64,000 bases of DNA. Source: Clostridia bacterium. Its GTDB lineage: Bacteria > Bacillota > Clostridia > Christensenellales > CAG-138. Below, in pieces: positions 37,304-46,191 of the stretch. The notes beneath the pieces were generated by a model. The model was not told the DNA's origin. It did no database searches and saw only the letters and a list, made by a program, of their open reading frames with translations. The stretch spans positions 45,914 through 109,913 of the forward strand of contig JAZUMK010000013.1 of assembly GCA_045603585.1 (NCBI GenBank), given 5' to 3'. Position numbers and translations under genes: made by a program. The stretch's first letter is position 1. Each line of letters opens with the position of its first letter.

Positions 37304-37446
37304 GCTTTCATTATAACATGTTGAGGTGCATATAACACAAAAAAAGTGAGAATAAACTGTTAATGTGAAGAATAGTTGCTGCTTTTTAATGGCAGCGGAC
37401 TGTGATATACTGTACGGGAACATTTAATGACTAAGGAGATACATTC

Positions 37447-38052
37447 ATGTCAAAGCGCAAAAAGCTAATATTGTGCGTTGCTGCGGCGGTTGTAATAATC
37501 GGCCTTGCCACAGGCGCGTTTACTTTTGGCGATATAATCGGTTCCCTCTTTGGAGACAGGGCGGCTCAGCCGGTTGCTCAGGAACAGATAATCGACTCTG
37601 CCGAATCGGTTCAGCAGGACTTTGAACTGTTGGAAGAGGAATCGGAGCAGATACAGCAGGAAGAGCCGGCGGTTCAGGAACAGCCGGAAGAACAGGCACA
37701 GCAGCCTGCTGTCGACGAAAACGGGACATATACTTCCAAAGAGGATGTGGCGCTGTACATTCACACCTATGGACGCCTGCCCTATAACTTCATCACCAAG
37801 AATGAGGCCAGAGAGCTTGGCTGGGAGGGCGGCTCCGTTGAGGATTATGCGCCGGGATGCAGCATAGGCGGCGACAGATTCGGCAATTACGAAGGCATAC
37901 TGCCTGAAGGCAAAAAATACACCGAATGCGATATAGATACCCTTGGCAAAAAATCCAGAGGAGCAAAGCGGATAGTGTTCTCAAATGACGGCTGCATCTA
38001 CTATACCGACGATCATTATGAAACATTTGAGCTGCTTTACGGGGAGGAATAA
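37447..38052 (+). CDS. Membrane-anchored or secreted barnase-family ribonuclease
   Basis: The C-terminal ~110 aa align with barnase (YIHTYGRLPYNFITKNEARELGW..., GGDRFGNYEGILP, RIVFS, YYTDDHYETF). Equivalents of E73, R83, R87 and H102 are retained. The N-terminus has a TM/signal segment and an acidic Gln/Glu linker. Confidence 0.85.
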   Translation: MSKRKKLILCVAAAVVIIGLATGAFTFGDIIGSLFGDRAAQPVAQEQIIDSAESVQQDFELLEEESEQIQQEEPAVQEQPEEQAQQPAVDENGTYTSKEDVALYIHTYGRLPYNFITKNEARELGWEGGSVEDYAPGCSIGGDRFGNYEGILPEGKKYTECDIDTLGKKSRGAKRIVFSNDGCIYYTDDHYETFELLYGEE

Positions 38053-38055
38053 TTT

Positions 38056-38328
38056 ATGGAGATAATTATTCTGGATGGAAAAAAGATGGTATCCTTTGAT
38101 GAACTGCATGATTACCTTAAAAAGATAATGCGGCTGCCTTCGTATTACGGCCGTAACCTGGATGCTCTGGCGGATTGTCTCAGCGAGCTGGGATCCCATG
38201 TAACGGTTATACTCAACAACGCTGATGCGATGAAGGCAGGCTTGGGAGTGTATGCGAACAGGCTGCTGACTGTTTTTTATGATATTTCATCCGAACCAAA
38301 CGGCTTTAACTTTGTAATCAGTGAATAA
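38056..38328 (+). CDS. Barstar-family ribonuclease inhibitor
   Basis: ...FDELHDYLKKIMRLPSYYGRNLDALADCLSEL matches barstar's ...[27 protein letters not shown]. Confidence 0.85.
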   Translation: MEIIILDGKKMVSFDELHDYLKKIMRLPSYYGRNLDALADCLSELGSHVTVILNNADAMKAGLGVYANRLLTVFYDISSEPNGFNFVISE

Positions 38329-38343
38329 AACATATAAATGCAT

Positions 38344-38375
38344 GCGCCGCCTGATAATCCGGGCGGCGTTTGCGT
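38344..38375 (+). terminator. Terminator after barstar
   Basis: Stem CGCCGCC / GGCGGCG followed by TTTGCGTT. Confidence 0.55.
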
Positions 38376-38525
38376 TGTGACATCATATTTTAAGCATATG
38401 TCCCGCCAATGCAAAATGAATAAGAAAAATATGTGAAATTGCCTGTATTCCATGTGAAAGCAGGCATCATTATGTTATAATTACACTGTACAAATACGAT
38501 TATTCACAGGGAGGTTTAAAATATA

Positions 38526-39218
38526 GTGAGCACTGTTAAAATACTGATTGCAGATGACGACAGAGTAGTACATGAGTCCCTGGGTATATACCTTAAATCC
38601 GAGGGATACGAAACGGTGGACGTATACAACGGAAAGGCGGCGTTGGAAGCATTGGAAAGCGAGAGCGGCATAGCCCTTTGCGTACTGGATATTATGATGC
38701 CGGAAATGTCCGGCCTTGACGTATGCAGAGAAATACGCAAGACCTCCCGGGTGCCTGTGATTATGCTTACTGCAAAGGGTGAGGAAATAGACCGCATACT
38801 GGGCCTTGAGCTTGGCGCGGATGATTACATTGTGAAGCCCTTCAGCCCCCGCGAGGTTGCTGCCCGCGTAAAGGCTGTGCTGCGCCGTACCAATGAGCAG
38901 CAGCAGGCTGCAGACGATGGCTGCGTAAATCATCAGGAATTGGCCATCGACATCAAGAGCTACACCGTAACGCTCCGCGGCGAAAGCATAATCTGCACTC
39001 CCAAGGAGATAGAGATACTTTATATGCTGGCGTCGAATCCCGGTCAGGTATTTACCCGGGAACAGCTGCTCAACCGTGTATGGGGCTATGACTTTGCGGG
39101 AGAGACCCGCACTGTGGATACCCATATCAAGCGCATCAGAGCAAAGCTTGATAATACCGGGCTCAATTGGAGCATCAAGACAATATACGGCGTAGGCTAT
39201 AAGTTTGAGGTTGAATAG
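38526..39218 (+). CDS. OmpR-family response regulator
   Basis: KILIADDD..., LDIMMPEMSG, ...TAKGEE..., KPFSPREV, and a winged-helix C-terminus ...VDTHIKRIRAKL...YGVGYKF. GTG start. Confidence 0.9.
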   Translation: MSTVKILIADDDRVVHESLGIYLKSEGYETVDVYNGKAALEALESESGIALCVLDIMMPEMSGLDVCREIRKTSRVPVIMLTAKGEEIDRILGLELGADDYIVKPFSPREVAARVKAVLRRTNEQQQAADDGCVNHQELAIDIKSYTVTLRGESIICTPKEIEILYMLASNPGQVFTREQLLNRVWGYDFAGETRTVDTHIKRIRAKLDNTGLNWSIKTIYGVGYKFEVE

Positions 39219-39222
39219 TTAA

Positions 39223-41163
39223 ATGAAAAGCGTATTCTTCCGCCGTCTGCTCATAGTAATGGTCATCGTTATGATGATCATTACCTTTGCTGTGGCGCTG
39301 GGCAGCGGTGCGATGGGCGAAAAAATATATGAGAGTATAAAACTGGATGAAATGATGCCCAAGGGACAGGCTGTGGCGAGCATGGTCAATGAGTACAGCC
39401 TTGGCAATATATCCAGCGATACTTTAATTCGCCTTGCGGAAAGCTACGTAAGGGACGAAGAGGCCACCACGATAATATTCAATGCCTATCAGGAAAACGT
39501 GCTTACTGCAAATGCGCCGGAAAATGAAGAATGGAGCTTGAACAGCGATGCGCTTGTAGGTATATATAAGCGGGTTCTTGCAGGGGAAACCGTAAGCGAA
39601 TCAAAGGTTATTGTGGATGGCATGGGCGAGGCGCTTGCGGCAGCCGTACCCATAATAAATTTCAACAATATTACCATAGGCGGCGTTGTTATTCTTCAGC
39701 CCACCCACGCCGTAAGCGAAGCAATGAACTCCATGCGAAGGATGATTTATGCTTTCCTTGGCATAGGTACATTGCTGATGATCAGCATACTCAGCGGATA
39801 TTTCCACTATATCACCGAACCCCTTCATGAAATGTCCGAGGCTGCCATAAAAATGTCAAAGGGAAACTTTGACATAAGGGCAAACGAGGCAGAGGAGGGC
39901 GAGGTCGGTCTTCTTGCAAGGGCGTTGAATAACCTTTGTGAAAATCTTTCCGGCACCATATATCAGCTGCGCTTTGAAAAGGGTCAGCTGGATGAGATAC
40001 TACAAAGCCTGTCCGACGGCGTTGTGGCGATGGACGGCAGTGGGGCCCTTACCCATTACAACGCTGCTATCATGGCCATGTTTGGCGTGGTAAATGTTGA
40101 AAAGCGGCAGGATCTGATAGCGGATCCCATGATATGGAAAGCATTTGACGAGGTATTCATTACCGGCGAATCTCAGTCCATAAATTACCCTGCCGCCGGG
40201 GAAAAGGTGCTGCTGATAAGCGTATCCCCCGTACACAATGACGACGGCACACGCACAGGCGTGGTAGGCCTTTTCAAGGATATTACCGAAATGGAACGCA
40301 CCGAGAAGATGCGCCGCGAGTATGTTGCCAATGTATCCCATGAGCTGCGCACCCCGCTTACGGCAGTGCGCGGGCTGCTAGAGCCTCTTTCGGACGGCAT
40401 GGTAAAGGACGAAGAAAGCAGGCAGCGATATTATAAGATAATGCTCCATGAAGTAATGAGACTGTCGCGGCTTATTACCGATATGCTTACGCTCAGCCGT
40501 CTGCAGGCCGGCACTGAATACATGGAGCTTTCCCGCGTAAACCTTGAGGAGCTTATTAACGACGTTGCGATAAGCTATGCTGCTGCAGCACAGCAGAAGG
40601 GCATATCTCTGGAGGTGGATTGCGTTTCTGCGGTAGATGCCCTTACAGACCCTGACAGGATAGAGCAGGTGCTGGTCATTCTTCTGGATAATGCAATGCA
40701 TTATACTCCGGAGGGAGGAAAGATAACCTTGCGTCTGCGCTCAGGGGATAGGCTGCTGATAAGCGTGGAGGATAATGGCTGCGGGATCCCCGAAAAAGAT
40801 ATTCCTCATATATTTGAGCGCTTTTACAAGGTGGATAAATCCCGCGGCGAGGGCGGTACGGGTCTTGGCCTTTCCATAGCAAGCTATATTATGGAAAAAC
40901 TGGACGAAACCATAACCGTGGAAAGCAAGGTGGGTGAAGGCACCTGCTTTACCTTTACGGTGCGCCGCTATATTTCCAATGCCATTGAGCTTGGGCCCGC
41001 AAATGCAGCGGCAAAGGCAAAGCAAAAGGAAGAAGCTGCTCATCAGTATATGGAGCATTATAATAAGGTTTACGATGCCGATTATGAAGTGGTCAGTTAT
41101 TCTGTCGATGACAAGGGCAAACGGGGAATAAATAAGAAAAAGGACAGACAGGATAAGGTATGA
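39223..41163 (+). CDS. Sensor histidine kinase (extracytoplasmic domain, HAMP, PAS, HisKA, HATPase)
   Basis: H-box VSHELRTPLTAV, N-box LLDNAMHYTP, G-boxes DNGCGIP and GGTGLGLSI. Confidence 0.9.
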   Translation: MKSVFFRRLLIVMVIVMMIITFAVALGSGAMGEKIYESIKLDEMMPKGQAVASMVNEYSLGNISSDTLIRLAESYVRDEEATTIIFNAYQENVLTANAPENEEWSLNSDALVGIYKRVLAGETVSESKVIVDGMGEALAAAVPIINFNNITIGGVVILQPTHAVSEAMNSMRRMIYAFLGIGTLLMISILSGYFHYITEPLHEMSEAAIKMSKGNFDIRANEAEEGEVGLLARALNNLCENLSGTIYQLRFEKGQLDEILQSLSDGVVAMDGSGALTHYNAAIMAMFGVVNVEKRQDLIADPMIWKAFDEVFITGESQSINYPAAGEKVLLISVSPVHNDDGTRTGVVGLFKDITEMERTEKMRREYVANVSHELRTPLTAVRGLLEPLSDGMVKDEESRQRYYKIMLHEVMRLSRLITDMLTLSRLQAGTEYMELSRVNLEELINDVAISYAAAAQQKGISLEVDCVSAVDALTDPDRIEQVLVILLDNAMHYTPEGGKITLRLRSGDRLLISVEDNGCGIPEKDIPHIFERFYKVDKSRGEGGTGLGLSIASYIMEKLDETITVESKVGEGTCFTFTVRRYISNAIELGPANAAAKAKQKEEAAHQYMEHYNKVYDADYEVVSYSVDDKGKRGINKKKDRQDKV

Positions 41164-42050
41164 CTTCCCACGGATGTACGCTGTGTCCGCGCAAATGCAA
41201 TGCGGATAGAATAAATAATATGGGCGCCTGCAATGCGCCCATATTGCCGTATATTGCAAAGGCATCTCTGCATATGTGGGAGGAGCCGTTTATCAGCGGA
41301 GAGCAGGGTTCCGGTACAATATTTTTCTGCGGATGCAATTTAAAATGTGTTTTTTGCCAGAATCACGACATAAGCAACGGTCAGATCGGCAGCGTTGCGG
41401 ATCCGAAGGCCCTTGCGGGTATTATGCTGCGCCTGCAGGATAAAGGCGCCCATAATATTAATCTGGTTTCGCCCGCGCCCTTTGTGCCAGTGATAGCTGA
41501 GGCTGTTGCCGAGGCAAAAAAACAGGGCTTATCCCTGCCCATAGTGTACAATACCAATGCTTATGAAAACGTGGATACACTTAAATGCCTTGAAGGCCTG
41601 GTGGATATTTACCTGCCCGATTTAAAATACGTTGACAGCGCCATTTCCCGCAAGTATTCAGGCGCGGCAGATTACTTTGAGCATGCATCCGGTGCCATTG
41701 ATGAGATGTACCGGCAGAAGGGATTGCTGGCTTTGGATGATAACGGCATGGCGAAAAGCGGCATGGTGATTCGTCATCTTGTGCTGCCGGGTTCAGTGGA
41801 TGAAACAAGACGGGTATTGGATTATATTGCCGGGCATTTTCCAAAGGAAATAAACATTTCTTTAATGAGCCAGTACGTTCCCTTTCACCTTGCCGAAAAG
41901 TATCCTCCGCTGGATCGTCCGTTGCTCAAAAGAGAGTATAAAAGGGCGGTGGAGTATGGGTTTTCTCTTGGGCTGGAAAACATTCTCACACAGGAAATGA
42001 GCTCTGCAACAGCTGCCTATACTCCGGTATTCGACGGAAAATGCGACTAA
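41160..42050 (+). CDS. Radical SAM protein (PflX / activating-enzyme-like)
   Basis: CGCNLKCVFCQN (CxxxCxxC) motif. Its ATG overlaps the kinase stop (ATGA). Confidence 0.8.
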   Translation: MTSHGCTLCPRKCNADRINNMGACNAPILPYIAKASLHMWEEPFISGEQGSGTIFFCGCNLKCVFCQNHDISNGQIGSVADPKALAGIMLRLQDKGAHNINLVSPAPFVPVIAEAVAEAKKQGLSLPIVYNTNAYENVDTLKCLEGLVDIYLPDLKYVDSAISRKYSGAADYFEHASGAIDEMYRQKGLLALDDNGMAKSGMVIRHLVLPGSVDETRRVLDYIAGHFPKEINISLMSQYVPFHLAEKYPPLDRPLLKREYKRAVEYGFSLGLENILTQEMSSATAAYTPVFDGKCD

Positions 42051-42093
42051 ATTGTAAACAGTTGATTATTTGTTAAAAAAGATAAAAATTGTG

Positions 42094-42122
42094 TTGCATA
42101 ATACAATATCTGGTGCTACTAT
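42094..42122 (+). promoter_or_regulatory. Sigma-A-type promoter with an extended -10
   Basis: TTGCAT (42094-42099), 17 nt, TGcTACTAT (42114-42122). Confidence 0.55.
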
Positions 42123-42129
42123 AATAATA

Positions 42130-42301
42130 TAAAGCGAATATATCGAGCTGTCCGGGATTAACAAGCATTCTTCATTGTTTTTCCTCCAAAAATAAACCGA
42201 ACTTTTATCGTTATTTCGCTTGTGCTGGGGGCATCTGCACAAAGCGATTTTCCGGACAGTATATTTGCTGGGAGCTCTGATATTATCAGGGCTCCTTTTT
42301 T
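42130..42301 (+). ncRNA. Candidate ~170-nt structured RNA (independent sRNA or riboswitch-like leader), family not recognised
   Basis: A bipartite ~20-bp closing helix (42133-42142/42260-42269 and 42148-42157/42250-42259). Internal hairpins at 42190-42216 and 42216-42247. A single-stranded UUCCUCC sequence. A strong terminator (11-bp stem 42271-42295 followed by T6). Confidence 0.5.
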
Positions 42302-42343
42302 GCGCTCATGGGGCATAGGAATAATATGGAGGATTCTTTGCCT

Positions 42344-43426
42344 ATGAACAAAAAACAGGTTATTCTGTCCCTTATTATGACGGCGTTGATTTCAGCTTTC
42401 ATGATAGTTTCACCCCGCTATATTGCAATGTCCCGCACCCCACTTACCCAGCATCGTGAAAATACTGTTTCCGAAGGATATCAGGGAATAATAACGGTTT
42501 GGCATATTGTGGGATTTAAACCGTATCAGGGAAGTCTCGGCACATGGATGAGCAATGCCGCCGCGCAGCTGGAAAAATATCACCGCGGGGTTTATTTGCA
42601 GGTGGACAGCATCGATATGGAAGAGTATGAAGCCCGCATTGCAAGGGGAGAGCAACCGGACGTATTCTCTTTTCCTCTGGGCTGTATGTATGCGGAGCAG
42701 CTGTGTGAATTGGAGCTTGAGCTGCCGGAATTGAAGGGAAATACGAAAGAGGCCGGATACCGCGAGGGCAGGCTGTATGCTGTTCCTTATACGGCGTCCG
42801 GATATCTGTTGCTGCACAATCAGAGACTTATGCAGGAGCAGGGAACAGATGCGCAAGGTATGACGGAGATGCTGAAAAGCGGAGCAGTTCCCGCTGCAGG
42901 CGACCCGGTGCAGGCTTGTATTTTCGGCGTTATGGGCGAAATGCTTGTACAGGAGGATTTTATTGAAGAAAGGGCGGTTTCTGCCTTTGTGGATGTACGG
43001 GCAGCGGGCGACCTTGAGCGAAAGGTGCAAAGCGGAAAAGGATTTCCCTTTGAAGTGCTGCCTTGCGGAAATTATACTGACCTTGTGCAGCTGATCGGAG
43101 CAAATGCAAATATTAAGCCTGAAAAGCTGCCGTATGTATACGAACTGATTGAGCTATGCCTGAATACAGATGAACAGCAGCAGCTTGCAGAGATAGGCTT
43201 AATGCCACTATTGGCGGAGATGCAGACAGAAAAAATGGATACAGAGGCAATAAACATGCTTTTTGAGGAGCTTGAAAATATAGCCGTACCAAATAGTTTC
43301 TTATACAAAACATATAGAGAACAGCTGAGGATAAGCGCTGCGGAAGCGATGCGTGGAAGCGTCAGCGCAAAAAAGGATATGGAATTACGCCTCAGAGAAC
43401 TTGTAAGAGGAGCGGTAATAAAGTAA
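42344..43426 (+). CDS. Membrane-anchored extracellular solute-binding-protein-like protein
   Basis: N-terminal TM segment MNKKQVILSLIMTALISAFMIV. ...ITVWHIVGFKPYQGSLGTWMSNAAAQLEKYH...EEYEARIARGEQPDVFSF resembles type-1 SBPs. The start is uncertain (42308, 42326 or 42344). Confidence 0.55.
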   Translation: MNKKQVILSLIMTALISAFMIVSPRYIAMSRTPLTQHRENTVSEGYQGIITVWHIVGFKPYQGSLGTWMSNAAAQLEKYHRGVYLQVDSIDMEEYEARIARGEQPDVFSFPLGCMYAEQLCELELELPELKGNTKEAGYREGRLYAVPYTASGYLLLHNQRLMQEQGTDAQGMTEMLKSGAVPAAGDPVQACIFGVMGEMLVQEDFIEERAVSAFVDVRAAGDLERKVQSGKGFPFEVLPCGNYTDLVQLIGANANIKPEKLPYVYELIELCLNTDEQQQLAEIGLMPLLAEMQTEKMDTEAINMLFEELENIAVPNSFLYKTYREQLRISAAEAMRGSVSAKKDMELRLRELVRGAVIK

Positions 43427-43457
43427 AATAATCATAAGTATACACATGGGAGGAACC

Positions 43458-44372
43458 ATGAAACACGCACTGGAACTTTGCGCCCGCAGGCTTGAAGGGT
43501 GCAAGCTTATAGAAAACGCACCTATGAAGAACTACACTTCCTTCAGAATAGGCGGACCTGCTGATTTGCTGTTTATGCCCCGCAATCGCCAAGAACTGCT
43601 GATGGGGTTTGAAGCGGCAAAGGAAGCAGGACTTCCCCTGGTTGTAATGGGAAACGGAAGCAATATGCTGATAAGCGATCAGGGCATCGATGGCCTTGTT
43701 ATTCGCATTGGTACGGATTTTTCCGGTATTGAATATGACGGATGCATTCAGAAGGTGCTTTCGGGTACCCTTATGTGCCTTGCGGCAAATGATTCGCTGG
43801 ACAATGGCCTTATGGGGCTTGAATGGGCTACAGGCATACCCGGTACGGTTGGCGGCGCTGTTGCAATGAATGCAGGCGCATACGGCGGCGAGATAAAGCA
43901 GGTGCTGAGCAAGGTAGAATGCCTTGTGGATGGCCAGATACAGCAAATTATACCCTCTGATGAAGATATGGCATACAGATACAGCAAATTCTGCGCACCG
44001 GATGTAATCGTACTTTCAGCAGAATTCAGCCTTTTGCCTGATGATGGCGGCGCAAAGGAAAGGGCAAAGGGATATTGTGAGAGCAGATGCACAAAGCAGC
44101 CTCTGTCCTATCCCAGCGCAGGCAGTACGTTTAAGCGCCCTAAGGGACACTTTGCAGGCGCACTTATCGAGCAGGCGGGCCTAAAGGGGCTCAGTGTCGG
44201 CGGCGCACAGGTAAGCACATTGCACGCAGGCTTTGTGATCAATACAGGCGGAGCTACCTGTGATGATGTTTGTACCCTTATGAAAAAGGTGCAGGACGAG
44301 GTATACGGCCGCTTTGGAGTAATGCTGGAGCCTGAAGTAAAAATCATTGGACGAGACGTATGCAGCTTATAA
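43458..44372 (+). CDS. murB: UDP-N-acetylenolpyruvoylglucosamine reductase
   Basis: [17 protein letters not shown]..., [19 protein letters not shown]. The start is 43458 or 43446. Confidence 0.9.
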   Translation: MKHALELCARRLEGCKLIENAPMKNYTSFRIGGPADLLFMPRNRQELLMGFEAAKEAGLPLVVMGNGSNMLISDQGIDGLVIRIGTDFSGIEYDGCIQKVLSGTLMCLAANDSLDNGLMGLEWATGIPGTVGGAVAMNAGAYGGEIKQVLSKVECLVDGQIQQIIPSDEDMAYRYSKFCAPDVIVLSAEFSLLPDDGGAKERAKGYCESRCTKQPLSYPSAGSTFKRPKGHFAGALIEQAGLKGLSVGGAQVSTLHAGFVINTGGATCDDVCTLMKKVQDEVYGRFGVMLEPEVKIIGRDVCSL

Positions 44373-45238
44373 TTCTATCCGGCATGTCAGGGGCCGGCAA
44401 AACCCAGGCGCTGAAAAAATTCGAAGATACCGGATACTTTTGCGTGGATAATCTGCCCAGCGAAATGTGCCGCGGCTTTGTTGAGCTGTGCAGCAGGGCA
44501 ATGCCACCTGTGGAAAAGGCTGCAGTTGTAATAGACAGCAGAGAAACTTTGCTGAACAGCAATCCCAACAGGGCTCTCAGGGAACTGGAAGAAGCGGGGC
44601 TGGATTACAGCATAGTTTTCTTGGATTGCCGCGATCAGATGCTGGAACGCAGATACAATGAAACTCGCAGGCGGCATCCGCTTTCGGAAGATGTGCGAAC
44701 GGGTATTCAGCTGGAACGGGAAAAGCTGGCAAGCCTAAGGGACAGAGCCAGCGTAATAATCGATACCACAGATATGCGCCCTCTGGAGCTTGGTGCGGCC
44801 CTTGAAAGAGAGCTCGGCCTCTGCGGATCAGATTTCAATCTCAGCATAATGAGCTTCGGATATAAGCGGGGCGTGCCCTTTGAAGCGGATATAGTGATGG
44901 ACATGCGTTTTTCCCGCAATCCTTTCTACGATAAAGAACTTCGGGGGCTTTGCGGCAAGGATAAGGCCGTATATGACTATGTGATGGCGGATGCTTCCGT
45001 GACATATCTGATGGACAGTATGGAAAGCATGCTGAATATGCTGATTCCTAAGTTTATTGAGCAGGACAAGCGTCGCCTGGTGGTTGCCTTCGGATGCACC
45101 GGAGGACGGCACCGCTCAGTTTGTGCAGCCGAGGAGCTGAACAGGCGCATGAAGGATAAATACCACACCACCCTTGCCCACAGGGATCTGGTTACCGAGG
45201 GCAGCGATATTCAGGAGAGAACCGGCGAAAGGAGCTGA
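44360..45238 (+). CDS. rapZ: RNase adapter protein RapZ (YvcJ)
   Basis: [33 protein letters not shown] and C-terminal FGCTGGRHRSV. Confidence 0.9.
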   Translation: MQLIILSGMSGAGKTQALKKFEDTGYFCVDNLPSEMCRGFVELCSRAMPPVEKAAVVIDSRETLLNSNPNRALRELEEAGLDYSIVFLDCRDQMLERRYNETRRRHPLSEDVRTGIQLEREKLASLRDRASVIIDTTDMRPLELGAALERELGLCGSDFNLSIMSFGYKRGVPFEADIVMDMRFSRNPFYDKELRGLCGKDKAVYDYVMADASVTYLMDSMESMLNMLIPKFIEQDKRRLVVAFGCTGGRHRSVCAAEELNRRMKDKYHTTLAHRDLVTEGSDIQERTGERS

Positions 45239-45243
45239 AATAT

Positions 45244-46191
45244 TTGTCCTTTTCATCCATAACCAAGGACGAACTGGTAAACAGCTGCAGGCTGACAAAT
45301 ACAGAAGAAAAACGTTCCCTTTTATGCGGCGTTACCCACGCGGCCGGTTCCATGACCCTTGGCCGGGGCGGGGTAGGGCTTAAATACGTTACAGAAAACA
45401 GCAACGTGGCAGCGCTCACAGCAAAGCTTGCCAAGGAGCTTTATTCTGCATCCGCTGTGGTTTCCATCAGCGAGAAGGAAAGGCTTAATGCGGTCAATAC
45501 CGTTGTAAGTCTTTCGGGCGAAGGCGTAATGGATCTGCTTCGGGATGCAGGCTATGCAGTGGAAGGGGACGAGGAGCTGGAACTGGGCCATATACCTTCC
45601 AAGCTTACGGATAACGCGGAAAAAGCAAGGTGTTTTCTTAGAGGTGTGTTTCTTGGGGCAGGCTCTGTAAATGACCCCAATAAGGGCTATCACCTTGAAC
45701 TGGTATGCAAATACGAGCGCTTTGCCCTTGAACTTTGCGAAATTATGGCGGGTCTTGGCATAACGGCGAAGTATTTTCCGAGAAAAACCAGCTATATAGT
45801 TTATATAAAGGACGGAGAGATGGTATCGGATTTCATTACTCTTATCGGAGCTATGAACAGCACCATCGCCTTTGAGGATGCCAGAGTTCTGCGCAGCGTA
45901 AACAACTATATCAACCGTCAGCAAAACTTTGAGGATGCCAATATGAACAAGGCTGCCGCCGCGGCGGCTCAGCAGTTGCTGGATATAGAGACCATACGAG
46001 TGAGCCGCGGTTTGGAAAGCCTGCCGCCTAAGCTTCGAGAAGCGGCAGAGATACGAATAAACAATCCGGAATCTACCTTGGCTGAGATCGCGGAGCTTGC
46101 AGGCATAAGCAAATCCGGCTTTAATCACAGGCTGGCCAAGCTGTCTGTTCTGGCGCAGGAAATTAAGGATCAGGACGGGGGTAATCTATAA
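45244..46191 (+). CDS. whiA: DNA-binding protein WhiA
   Basis: MSFSSITKDEL..., LAGLIDADG-like middle region (FLRGVFLGAGSVNDP), C-terminal HTH ...LAEIAELAGISKSGFNHRLAKL. TTG start after a GAAAGGAG RBS. Confidence 0.9.
   Translation: MSFSSITKDELVNSCRLTNTEEKRSLLCGVTHAAGSMTLGRGGVGLKYVTENSNVAALTAKLAKELYSASAVVSISEKERLNAVNTVVSLSGEGVMDLLRDAGYAVEGDEELELGHIPSKLTDNAEKARCFLRGVFLGAGSVNDPNKGYHLELVCKYERFALELCEIMAGLGITAKYFPRKTSYIVYIKDGEMVSDFITLIGAMNSTIAFEDARVLRSVNNYINRQQNFEDANMNKAAAAAAQQLLDIETIRVSRGLESLPPKLREAAEIRINNPESTLAEIAELAGISKSGFNHRLAKLSVLAQEIKDQDGGNL

Noticed and set aside
37304-37423. 40-codon N-terminal extension of the CotH/LTD ORF.
   Set aside because: The internal Met at 37303 begins a canonical lipoprotein signal peptide (…LITALSGC). 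The extension has no such features.
42130-42301. Identification of the structured RNA as 6S RNA, a T-box or another known riboswitch class.
   Set aside because: I recognised no T-box, SRP, tmRNA or RNase P signature sequences. The architecture (one long closing helix with small internal hairpins) does not convincingly match the 6S two-arm, central-bubble layout. It is therefore left unassigned.
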